Source: Podarcis erhardii (lineage: Eukaryota). From it: a stretch of 64,000 nt of DNA. Shown piece after piece: positions 39,773 through 50,496 of the stretch. Positions within the stretch are counted from its first letter, which is position 1. The number at the start of each line of letters is the position of its first letter. The position numbers were made by a program, and so were the translations under genes. The DNA is taken from NCBI GenBank assembly GCA_964252035.1, contig OZ176206.1; one strand, written 5' to 3'. Below the pieces are notes generated by a model, which was given only the letters and a program-made list of their open reading frames with translations, was not told the origin of the DNA and did no database searches.

Positions 39773-39920
39773 CTTCCCAAGAGGAGGACAATGGGGTAGA
39801 TGGTGATTATGGAGATGCCAAACAACAGCCGAGCTACAATGACCAGCACATCATTTCCTGGGTAGGACATCAGGATGTCAGCAGCAACATCAGCACCAAA
39901 TGTCAAATAGCCATAGAGCC
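39773..39920 (-). CDS. SLC38A8: SLC38A8 coding exon 7 ([49 protein letters not shown])
   Basis: gtgtag|GG acceptor, AAG|gtaagg donor, 148 bp. Confidence 0.96.
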
Positions 39921-40547
39921 CTACACAGAGGAGCAGAGCATTGTGCTCTTTAGGTGTGGTAAGGAGAGCAAAATAAACTGCAGACCATGCTGCACCCTCT
40001 CACCAACACCCCCTCCCCAACTCAAAAATGACTGAACCAGCAGCCTTCATAGTAGGCTAACCTGGGTCCCTCCAGATGTTGCCCAAGTATGTCTCCTGCC
40101 ACCCCTGACTATTGGGGCCGGTGAGAGTTGGAACCCCACAGCATCTGGAGGGCCACCTCTGCTGTTTATTATTTATTTAAATTATTTATATGCTGCTTTT
40201 GGCCCGAAAGCCCCCCCACCCACACACACACAAACCCATAGAATGTGATGTTAATACAAAAGGGGGAAATACAGCAAAACCAATTCAATATGTCAGGCAT
40301 AGAACCAAACATAAAGAACAAATCATCTATAGGGTCATATACCTGCCAGAAATTCCTAAGGGGAAGGGAAGTCATCTACTGGACACTAATTTGGAAAGAA
40401 GCAGGAAGAAAGCAGCCTATCTAGAATAACACACTGGGGGGGGGGGGAATCGTGCCCTCCCCTTGCCCCGATGTTGTCATTCTTGGATCTCAATCAAAAC
40501 AACCAACTGTGTATATCATGTGTTTGCTATTAGCCCTGTGATCCTGG

Positions 40548-42865
40548 CCAATTCGGATGGTCCGCCCCCGCCACTTAATGGATCCAAATGGTTTCCAGAG
40601 AGTGGTAGGGGATGCCTTATCCCATGTTGATGGCCTTTCAGCTGATTCCCTGGTGGCCCGCTGGAATGCGGAGTTAACCAGGGCTATCGACTGTCTGGCT
40701 CCGAAGCGCCCTCTCCGATTGCATGGAGCCCGGACAGCTCCGTGGTTTTCTTCGGAGCTGAGGGCGATGAAACAATCGCTGAGACGGCTAGAGCGTCGGT
40801 GGCAAAAAACTCACTCCGAATCTGACCGGACACAGGTTAGAGCTCAACGTCGAGCCTACCAAGTGGCGATAGCGACGGCGAAGAAGACTTTCTTCACCGC
40901 CTCTATTGCATCTGCAGAAAACAGTAGCAGGAGACTTTTTCAGGTGGTTCGTAATTTAACGGAACCACCTTTACCACCGGGGCTTTGTAAAGACCCCAAG
41001 ATCTCCTGCAACGATTTTGCAAAGTTTTTTGCAGATAAAATCACTCATATTCGGAAGGAGCTAGACACCACCGTGGGAGCAGGGCTGGGGCGGGAGAGTG
41101 CTAGAGCTCTGTCTGGTCAAGTTGCATGGAATCGATTTCAATCCATTACCCCCGAGGATGTGGACAGGCTGCTTGGACGCGTGAAACCAACCACCTGTCT
41201 CCTGGATCCTTGCCCATCCTGGCTAATAAAAGCAAGCCGGGAAGGGCTGGGCGATGGGCTCTGCGGGGTGGTGAATGCTTCTCTCTGTGAGGGAGCATTC
41301 CCAGATCCGCTGAAAGAGGCGGTCATCAAACCGCTTCTTAAAAAACCATCTTTAGACCCGGCCAGTATGGCCAACTATCGCCCAGTCTCAAATCTTCCAT
41401 TCTTGGGCAAGGTGATTGAGCGCGTGGTTGCTGAACAACTCCAGGCACGCCTGGAGGATGCGGACCATTTGGATCCCTTCCAATCGGGATTCAGGCCTCA
41501 TCATGGGACTGAAACTGCCTTGGTCGCGCTGGTTGATGATCTCCGGCGGGCTAGGGACAAAGGTGAGAGCTGTTTCCTAGTTCTGCTGGATCTCTCAGCG
41601 GCCTTTGATACAATCGACCATAGTGCTCGCTTCGGCAGCACATATACTAAAATTGATACAATCGACCATAACATCCTTCTGGACCGTCTAGAGGGGCTGG
41701 GAGCTGGGGGCACTGTTATACAGTGGTTTCGCTCCTTCCTCCTGGGCCGTGTTCAGAAAGTGGTGGGGGGGGATGAGTGTTCAGACCCCTGGGCCCTCAC
41801 TTGTGGGGTGCCTCAGGGTTCCGTCCTCTCCCCCATGCTTTTTAACATCTATATGAAGCCGCTGGGAGAGATCATCAGGGGGTTTGGACTGGGTGTCCAT
41901 CAATATGCAGATGATACCCAGGTCTACCTCTCTTTCAAATCAGAACCAGTGAAGGCGGTGAAGGTCCTGTGTGAGTGCCTGGAGGCGGTTGGAGGATGGA
42001 TGGCGGCTAATGGATTGAGGTTGAATCCTGACAAGACAGAAGTACTGTTTTTGGGGGACAGGGGGCGGGCTGGTGTGGAGGACTCCCTGGTCCTGAATGG
42101 GGGAGGTAACTGTGCCCCTGAAGGACCAGGTGCGCAGCCTGGGAGTCATTTTGGACTCACAGCTGTCCATGGAGGCGCAGGTCAATTCTGTATCCAGGGC
42201 AGCTGTCTACCAACTCCACCTGGTACGCAGGCTGAGACCCTACCTCCCCGCGGACTGTCTCGCCATAGTGGTGCATGCTCTAGTTATCTCCCGCTTGGAC
42301 TACTGCAATGCGCTCTACGTGGGGCTACCTTTGAAGGTGACTCGGAAACTACAACTAATCCAGAATGCGGCAGCTAGACTGGTGACTGGGGGCAGCCGCC
42401 GAGACCACATAACACCGGTCTTGAAAGACCTACATTGGCTCCCAGTACGTTTCCGAGCACAATTCAAAGTGCTGGTGTTGACCTTTAAAGCCCTAAACGG
42501 CCTCGGCCCAGTATACCTGAAGGAGCGTCTCCACCCCCATCGTTCTGCCCGGACGCTGAGGTCCAGCGCCGAGGGCCTTCTGGCGGTTCCCTCATTACGA
42601 GAAGCAAAGCTACAGGGAACCAGGCAGAGGGCCTTCTCGGTAGTGGCACCCGCCTTGTGGAACGCCCTCCCATCAGATGTCAAAGCGATAAATAACTACC
42701 TGACATTCAGAAGACATCTTAAGGCAGCCCTGTTCAGGGAAGTTTTTAATCTGTGATATTTTAATGTATTTCTGGTTTTTATGGAAGCCGCCCAGAGTGG
42801 CTGGGGAAACCCAGCCAGATGGGCGGGGTACAAATAATAAATTATTATTATTATTATTATTATTA
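40548..42865 (+). mobile_element. L2-clade LINE, 5'-truncated, near-intact RT region of ORF2
   Basis: NYRPVSNL, QSGFR, LDLSAAFDT, GVPQGSVL and YADD motifs; frameshift at about 42102; stop at 42756; 3' stem-loop and (TTA)n tail; 5' boundary approximate. Confidence 0.95.
41623..41655 (+). pseudogene. 3'-truncated U6 snRNA retrocopy (U6 nt 1-33) inside an L2 RT domain
   Basis: GTGCTCGCTTCGGCAGCACATATACTAAAATTG equals the vertebrate U6 5' end as recalled; flanked by direct repeat TTGATACAATCGACCATA at 41605-41622 and 41653-41670. Confidence 0.95.
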
Positions 42866-42941
42866 ACTCTAGATTAAGTTGCCCTTGCTTGCTGAAGGGC
42901 CTGCAGGTAGCTGGAAGGTTCTGTGAGTCCCTTCACACAAT

Positions 42942-43123
42942 NNNNNNNNNNNNNNNNNNNNNNNNNNNNNNNNNNNNNNNNNNNNNNNNNNNNNNNNNNN
43001 NNNNNNNNNNNNNNNNNNNNNNNNNNNNNNNNNNNNNNNNNNNNNNNNNNNNNNNNNNNNNNNNNNNNNNNNNNNNNNNNNNNNNNNNNNNNNNNNNNNN
43101 NNNNNNNNNNNNNNNNNNNNNNN
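42942..43123. other. Assembly gap (182 N)
   Basis: N run. Confidence 1.
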
Positions 43124-43395
43124 TGAATCCTAGAACAATAGGATCCAGAATGGAGCAGTCTGATTGGTCCGCAGGAGCCACCCAATCCAGCTCCAGATGG
43201 AAATGAATTAGCAACCTGATTGGCTTGCAGGAGCAGCCCAGAATTAGCCAATCACGCGGGGCCCATTGTGTAAATAATGTATATATAGCTAGATGTTTTG
43301 GGAAAAGTTTCATTCATTGCTACTACGAGCTGAATAAAGAGCATGAAATTCACACTCGACTCCGAGTATATTTCACTGGCGATGAAGGTGGGATC
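43124..43395 (+). mobile_element. Gypsy-type 5' LTR (5' end hidden in gap), ending at ...TATATTTCA 43375, followed by a PBS
   Basis: CCAAT/ATTGG boxes, TATATATA, AATAAA, CA end, then TGGCGATGAAGGTGGGAT. Confidence 0.8.
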
Positions 43396-43464
43396 CCACT
43401 GAGCTGACCACCGCACACAGCACCGTAGCACCACCGCCTGCCACACCGCTGCATCGCACCATGC

Positions 43465-43465
<1 letters not shown>

Positions 43466-43517
<52 letters not shown>
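43466..43517. repeat. (GATA)13 microsatellite
   Basis: Direct count. Confidence 0.97.
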
Positions 43518-43519
<2 letters not shown>

Positions 43520-44302
43520 ACTGCTTCAAGCAGTGGCGGAATGGAAAAAAATTTAAGCTAGCTCACCACAAGGGTCTCCAGAATTTCATCCCCAGCAAAG
43601 TCCCTAGTCACAGCAGCAAGGACAGTCCAAAACAGGCAGGTAGCAGAATTGATTCATTACACACACCAAAGAGGAACACCACAAAGCACAACAATAAAGG
43701 CTGGACGGTCATCAGTTGAGATTCTTGTATTGCAGGGGGTTGGACTAGATGACCCTCAGGATCCCTTCCAACTCTACAATTCTACTATTCAATTTATAAG
43801 GGTCAGTATCACTGCAACCTGATGCATACTTTCCTGGGGGCAAGCTCCTTGGAACTCAGTGGTGCTTCAGACTGCCTAGGTTCCATGCATTGAGCTTTGA
43901 CTAAAGATCTTCAGGTGGCTAAAATGCAACCTTTAGCTTTTAATTAGAAATCCCTGAAATGTTATGAATAAGTGTTACCACAATTTTAAATGCTAGCACA
44001 AAGTAGGAAGCCCATCAGAGACAAAAGAAAGTAGCCAGCCCTGGTAACTGGCCATTGCCCTCATTTTCCAACTTCTTCAATGATAACCTGTCACAAACAA
44101 ACTTGAAAAGCTTCATCATCACCTTGTTCACTGGCCAGACTCAGGAGAATCTGTCTGTAAGCCTGGTGGTCCAGCAGACATCATTGCTCCTGCTCTGGAA
44201 AAAAACTTCCTCTCACCTATGCCACTAAGGGCCCTAAACAAATTAAGAGCTTGGTACAAAATGGTACCAAGAGATGGAGCAAGTAGAAAGGAGGTTGCTT
44301 AC

Positions 44303-44417
44303 CTGTCAGAGAATATATAAGCAAACAGAACAGCATGGACATGACAGACACCACAATCCAGTGGGAGAGCTTCTTATTACTCATGCTGCTGTAGATGGTG
44401 ATGCACGCTTCATGACA
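44303..44417 (-). CDS. SLC38A8: SLC38A8 coding exon 6 (CHEACITIYSSMSNKKLSHWIVVSVMSMLFCLLIYSLT)
   Basis: tttcag|TGT acceptor, CAG|gtaagc donor, 115 bp. Confidence 0.96.
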
Positions 44418-44976
44418 CTGAAACACAGAGCTGATGTTGGAAAAGGCTGGTACGCATTCTGCCTCCATTCCTGGAGTCCCAAAGCTATCACTGTCTGCCT
44501 GCCTTCTCCCCTGCTCCATATCAGAACTGTTGATCTCGCCCACACCTGAGGCAGTCTCCCACCTTAGGGGCCTTCCTAGAATAATTGGTGTAGTGGATTA
44601 AGAATGACTGTGCATCCTCATGGGATTTGTTTGGTAAAATCCGAAGTTCCCATTGTCCACATAGACTGCTCCTGCTCAGAACCCATTGCATTAAGAGAGA
44701 GGGGCGGCTATCAGATGTTTCTGGCCAATGTCCCACAATTGTCTCCTCCACTGATCAGCAGTGCTGTGCTTGGTTGTGATTTACACACCACTTGTTTCAG
44801 GAAGTCAAGCAAAAGAGGACTCCCTTTTCTTTATTATATCAGAGGAGTTAAACTTGAATGTAGAATCTTGCATCATTTCAAGTGGAAACAAATAAATAAA
44901 AATGACTTGGAAGCCTATTTTAACAACGGGAGAGGGAGAAAACCAAGAAAGGAGGAGAAAAGGTTAAACTTCTTAC

Positions 44977-45034
44977 CTGAAATCCAAAGCAGATTGTTGG
45001 GATAACGCTGAACATTGAAGCCCAGGAAGACACC
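44977..45034 (-). CDS. SLC38A8: SLC38A8 coding exon 5 (VSSWASMFSVIPTICFGFQ)
   Basis: ttgcag|G acceptor, CAG|gtaaga donor, 58 bp; PTICFGFQ motif. Confidence 0.96.
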
Positions 45035-45989
45035 CTGCAAATGTGATAAAGGGTGTGTGTTAGCATAAGAGCTGGCCAACTCAGATGTCAACAGCCAACC
45101 AAGCAAGAGACCAAGGGCCTTACTCAGTACATATATGGCAGCTTCTTCTACTGAGTGAGGGCAAATTACAACCCCTACCTGCCAATTCCTCCTCCAACAC
45201 CACCTGTTGTTGTTGTAATTGGCATCCGTCTGTCTCAAGAGACAATGGAGTGTGCCTCTGAGGGTGAAGTCACACCACTGCATTAGCAGCACTGAAGTGA
45301 CCTCCCCATGGTGCAAGACTCCCCACTTGGCCTCACAATGTGGACCAAAGGAAAGCAGAGCAATACGTTTGGCACCAGCTTGGCTGCAGAAGTTGCCAAA
45401 AGGAGCTGTACAAGGTAAGATCCAACCATCTTAGGGACTACACTCCGGATTTGTGTAGGGTTTACTCCTTAGCCTTCACCCCCTGCAAGGCAGCAGAGGT
45501 TAAAGATCAGTGTTTTCCTTCTCCTAGATGGGCTACCTTCCCAGGTTGATGAGCCCCATCTGCCCTTTACTGTACTATTCAAGATTACTCAGTTCTCAGT
45601 AGTCCCATGACATCAGACCCTTTGTCCATCTGGACCAGTATTGCCTCCAATGACTGGCAGCAGCTCTCTGCAGTTCCAGACAGGGGACTTGCCCAGCCTA
45701 TGTCCCAGGGGCACTGTGACATAGCTAGGGAGTGTGCAACATTTGCCCACCTTTTGGTGCTTATATTCTTGCAAGTGGGACTGGTTGCCTCTGCTGTATT
45801 CCTGCATTTTGTTCTGCTAGCGGTTATTACAGTCTCCATTTGCTGGTGACTCTAAGTTTGTATTGATGCTGAAGTGGATCTGACTGTGACAGACTCCCCC
45901 CTCAACAAAGATGCAGTGTGACGGGTTTTAGGTGTTTAAAATTAGATACTCCCTGCCAGCAACACTTGGGAGGTTGGAGATTCTCTGCA

Positions 45990-46551
45990 TGTGGCAGCAT
46001 TTACTAATATTCAGCAGCAAGGACTTTAACATCAATTAAAGGGAAACTGTGATCACTTATTCCTTAAACTGGTAATAAATTAAGGATGAGACACGTTGGA
46101 AACAAAACAAGTTTTATTTATGCACACTCAATGAGGGTTAACGCTTAGTGGTTACTCTGATCAGGCACAAAAGTAAGAATCTCTTTTACAGACGCAATAA
46201 GGAACTTTATTTAAGACTTCCACATCAAACCTGTTTCTAAATAAACTGATTCCTCCTAGATCTGTTAATCCAGTGAAGCACTTCTAGACTCTTTCTGGGA
46301 TCTCTTCATTCCCTTGAAGGAAGCTATCTGGTTTGCCCTGCCTAGCAAACTCCTAACCACCCAGCTAATATCTTAGCCAAGCCCTTGCCAAGTCCAATCC
46401 AAGCCCAGTCTGAACACTTTCCAAGTCCCAACTGCTAAACTAACAGCTTCTAGATTTTAACTCCCAACTCTCCCCTGATTGCTGGACACTCCACCCAGCA
46501 CTGATTGGTTGCAAGGTCTTCAGGGGAATGATCCAATGTCCATCTGCCACA
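45990..46551 (-). mobile_element. Probable solo LTR
   Basis: TGTGGCAG...CTGCCACA inverted ends, minus-strand AATAAA motifs; no TSD found. Confidence 0.45.
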
Positions 46552-47220
46552 CTTTACTAGTTGTAAACATTGTATTTTTTTTGGTATTTTTTGTGATGTT
46601 ATTATAATGCAGCAAAACACTTACAGACTTATTTGCAGTATGAAGAAGTACATAAACTACCTACAGAAATGTGTAAATTTACTGCTGGATTTTTTCATTA
46701 CCCTAGAAGTGGGGCAGAGATATGCTTTGTTGGGGGTTCTCTGCTCCACATGCAAAAATAATGTGTCTTGCCTTGACTTCAAGTGGAGCAGGGCACCATC
46801 TGCTACTCTGCCTCGGGGAGAAAAATGTCTGCAGATACCCCCAACTCTGCAGATAATTAAGCAGTAGAAGGCAGGTCCCTTCTGCATCAAGCATATGTCA
46901 CTACGGGTTGTAGCCAACACAGCCATTCAGCTTGCACAACATAACTTCACCCTGCTCTCCTCGGCATTTGCTCCTTCACCCTCAAAATCAGCTCCAGAAG
47001 CTTGCAGACCAGAGCAGAGCAGATTTTGGGTGCATGCAGGGAGAGAAGAGGAAGGTGAAGTTGCCTTGCTCAAGTGGAACTTCGCATGTGCAGCACTGAA
47101 TGAAACACTATCACTCTTGGGTACCGATTCAGTTATAACAATGTCATCTGCTGCAGGTAACTGGTGTGTGTGAGAGAGAGGCGGGGGGGATGACAATCTA
47201 TTTTACACACTTCAGGGATA

Positions 47221-47452
47221 CAGTGCTACCTCAGGTTACATACGCTTCAGGTTACATACGCTTCAGGTTACAGACTCCGCTAACCCATAAATAGTACCTT
47301 AGGTTAAGAATTTTGCTTCAGGATGAGAACAGAAATCTGTGTGGCAGCAGTGGGAGGCCCCATTAGCTAAAGTGGTGCTTCAGGTTAAGAACGGTTTCAG
47401 GTTAAGAATGGACCTCCGGAACGAATTAAGTACTTAACCTGAGGTACCACTG
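47221..47452 (+). mobile_element. Same MITE family, copy D
   Basis: TIRs, TA TSD. Confidence 0.92.
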
Positions 47453-47728
47453 TATTGACATGGGCCATGTGCATAGGAGAATCAACAGCCAAGCTCCCTG
47501 GAGACTCTTAAGAGGTAAACAACTTCCTGCATTGCCGGGGGTTGAACTGGGTGGCCCTTGAGGCTCCTCCAAATCTATAATTCTATGAACTGAATTATGG
47601 CAGGTTCCAACATGACAGCAGCACAGCAGCACATCCATGCAAGCCAATGGGGTGGATGAATCGTGCCCATGGGACTGATGTTTGATAATTCCACTACCAG
47701 CCCAACAGCCAGCCACGCCAACACTTAC

Positions 47729-47833
47729 CCGGAGGAACGGCGATGTTCATGCTTGACTACGTAATCGGTTCTGAGGTAGTATTTTATTACAATGACAAGC
47801 ATCAGGTAGCAGGCTGCCAAAGTACCAAGGATG
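47729..47833 (-). CDS. SLC38A8: SLC38A8 coding exon 4 (SILGTLAACYLMLVIVIKYYLRTDYVVKHEHRRSSG)
   Basis: ttccag|C acceptor, CGG|gtaagt donor, 105 bp. Confidence 0.94.
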
Positions 47834-48172
47834 CTGGAACACACAAACGGAAAAATTAAAAGACTTTGCCTCAAAGGAGCTCAATGCTCCCCTGCATTCA
47901 AAAGGGCACCGTAGGGTCTTTTACAGTAGGGATGTGGCAAATAGAAGCAAAAACAGCAAAACTGCATCCAGGATAGAGATTCTAATTAGACGTTCCAGCA
48001 AATGAAAAGCTTTTATCCTGTGAACTAGAAGATGCTTACGTTGCCCAGAAAGGACATTCTACAAACAGGAGTCACCACTGGAAAGGTTCCTCACCTCGGT
48101 AACCACACACCTCAATTCTGATGCTGGGGACACCTGTAGATACACCTCATGACGTGCCTTAAAACAGGGAAG

Positions 48173-48342
48173 GGCAGCCATAGCTCAATGGTAGAGCATC
48201 TGCCTTGCAGTGGGGAAGGTTACAGGTTCAATCCCCAGCAATTCCAGGTAGTTGAAGAGCCAACACCAGTCACTGCAGGTAGTGCTGAGCTATATGGACC
48301 AAGGGTCTGACTCTGCATAAGGCAGCTTGCTATGTTCCTAAT
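48173..48342 (+). mobile_element. tRNA-derived SINE (Squam2-like); another copy at about 7797-8113 is interrupted by a hAT MITE
   Basis: tagctcaatggtagagc...ggttcaatcccc head and gcagcttgctatgttcct tail. Confidence 0.7.
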
Positions 48343-48862
48343 GGTGAGGAACCAATGGCTCTCCAGACCTTGTTGGATTACATTTTCCTATCATGATAGC
48401 TGAGGCTGCTAGGGGTCGAACAAAATTATTGTTTAAAATGAGTTCCGAACAACTTAATATTTTTAAAATTCCTAAGTGGTGTACAAACAATGAAAATCAG
48501 CACAAAGGCAAAAAAAAGAGAAGAAGATAGAACAAGAATCCAGTGATACGGGGTACCTATCTGTGCAAAAGGATAGGTCTTTACAAGACATCTGAAGCAC
48601 ATAATTGATGATGGTTCACATACAGTATCTAGTTAGTCAGAGTGTTGGGCCAGGACCTGGGAGACCAGAGTTCACATCCCCACTCAGCTGGGTGGTATCA
48701 CGTGATTCGTCACGTGACATGTCACACGACTGCGTGCCCTCAATGTGGGGGGGGGAGGGCAAGTCGGTGCCTCTGCTGAGCCCTTAGGAGCAAGTTTGTT
48801 CACCATTTGGCCCAGTCTCCAGACCACAGAGATCACAAGAACAAGAACAACAGAGCTCTTAC

Positions 48863-49016
48863 CTTGTGTATTTCTGGAATCCAATTTCCCTTGGAATTGA
48901 GAGGGGAAAGATAACCAAGGCACACAAAGCAGACAAGGTGAAGCGATGGTCCGTGAACCAATGCTGACGAGAGATGCCACCACTCAAGGTTTCATTAGGG
49001 TAGAAAGAATCACACA
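48863..49016 (-). CDS. SLC38A8: SLC38A8 coding exon 3 ([51 protein letters not shown])
   Basis: ttccccag|TG acceptor, AAG|gtaaga donor, 154 bp; PREI.FQKYTS motif. Confidence 0.95.
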
Positions 49017-49502
49017 CTGGGGAAAAAGGGAACATAAGGAGGCAATGAGGCTTTTCTCAATGTCCGGCTACCAGCCGAGACATATCATGCAGCTACCTAC
49101 AGTGGGGTGGGGGACTTCTCCATGGCGGTGCCATGTCTGTGGAATTCCTCAGGGGTGACTTGTGCCCATCAGGGCTGGTGGGACAGAAGGCAGGGAGTCC
49201 CAGAAGTAAGTAGGTGGCGCCAGAACTAATGACATGCAAACCCAACTAATTTAAGTTCTGCCTCCATCACCTTCCTGCCGAGCTCTACAAGGGCAACACT
49301 GAAACTAAGGGGAGGAAGCTGAAAGGCAGGGCCATGCCCTGGACTCCTAAGGAAGCAGGCAGGTGGGGGTTTGCAGAAAGCAGGCTGAAGTTGGTGGGGC
49401 AGCACCCTATTTTTCCTAATGGGAATCCATTGGAATTCCCTCCCGTCTGGAGTAAGTCAGGCCCCTGACTCTGATGAGTTTTGAGCACCAGCTTAAAACT
49501 TA

Positions 49503-50065
49503 CTGTATTTTTCTCTCTATAGGACGCACTGTTTCCCCTCCAAAAATGAAGGGGAAATGTGTGTGCGTCCTGTGGAGGAAATGCAGGCTCCTTGGCTTCA
49601 GCGATAGCAACGCGAAGCCTCCGAAGCGCAGAGGGAGAGCTCCCCCTGTGCTCCGGAGGCTTCGCGTTGCTTTCACTGAAGCCCCCGGAGTGCAGGGAAC
49701 TGTCGCTGCGCTCCAGGGGCTTCAGGCAGCTATCTGCAAGCCTTTGGAGCACCGCAGGAGTTCCCGCTGCACTCTGAAGGCTTGCAGATAGCCGCCTGAA
49801 GCCCGGAGAGCGAGAGGGGTCAGTGCACACCGGTCCCTCTTGCTCTCCAGGCTTCGCTTCACTGGAGAGGCGCTGCACAGTTTTCCCTCTCTGCACAGCA
49901 CCCCTTCAGCAAAGCGGGAGGAGAAATGGAAGGGGCTCCGTTTCTCCTCCCACTTCACTGAAGGGGTGCTGAGCAGAGAGGGGGAGAATTTTTTTTCCTG
50001 TTCTCCCCCTCCTATGTTCCGGTGCGTCCTATGGTCCGGTGCATCCTATAGAGTGAAAAATACGG
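49503..50065. mobile_element. Tc1/mariner (Tigger-like) non-autonomous element
   Basis: TA|CTGTATTTTTCTCTCTATAGGACGCAC ... GCATCCTATAGAGTGAAAAATACGG|TA; a related end fragment at about 59138-59168. Confidence 0.85.
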
Positions 50066-50297
50066 TACCTGCTCACTCAGACATTTTCTGTCTATTAATT
50101 CACAGGCTTGGTATGATGCATTAATGGCTTCCAGTGATTTTATCATATATTAATATGCCGATCGTGTTGTCATTAATTATGCACAAAACCAGCACTGGTA
50201 TTATTTACACAAAGAGCCGCATAAAAAATATTATTAAAAGAGGAACAGCTGGGGATTTTAGAGGATGCTGAAAGGGTTCTGGGGTCAAAGAACTCAC

Positions 50298-50496
50298 ATT
50301 TTTCTAGCTGGTCTCCCACGACTCTAAGAAAGGCCACCGAGATCATGAACAGGTTCAGAATGAAGCAGACTTCGCAAAGCTTCCCAATGGCAGCCCCACA
50401 GATCTCTCTCACCACACCCTGGTACGTTGTCTGGGTGCTGATGGAGGCAGCATAACCCAGAATCACCAAGCCGCTAATCAGGAATATCAAGGAACC
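50298..50496 (-). CDS. SLC38A8: SLC38A8 coding exon 2 ([17 protein letters not shown]...[13 protein letters not shown])
   Basis: ggcag|GGT acceptor, AAT|gtgagt donor, 199 bp. Confidence 0.96.

Noticed and set aside
41623-41655. Functional U6 snRNA gene
   Set aside because: Only nt 1-33 are present, there is no upstream PSE/TATA (L2 coding sequence precedes it), and it is flanked by a TSD.
41605-41670. CRISPR-like repeat-spacer-repeat
   Set aside because: Two repeats only, eukaryotic DNA, and the spacer is U6; explained as a TSD.
40557-42377. 606-aa ORF as a host gene
   Set aside because: It is L2 ORF2; the ATG is internal to a truncated element and the C-terminus is frameshifted.
42874-43313. 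ORFs containing X runs (also 61676-62010)
   Set aside because: Artefacts of translating through N gaps.
48173-48245. tRNA gene
   Set aside because: Degenerate tRNA-like SINE head without a sound cloverleaf, followed by SINE body; the same holds for 12963, 36616 and 30149.
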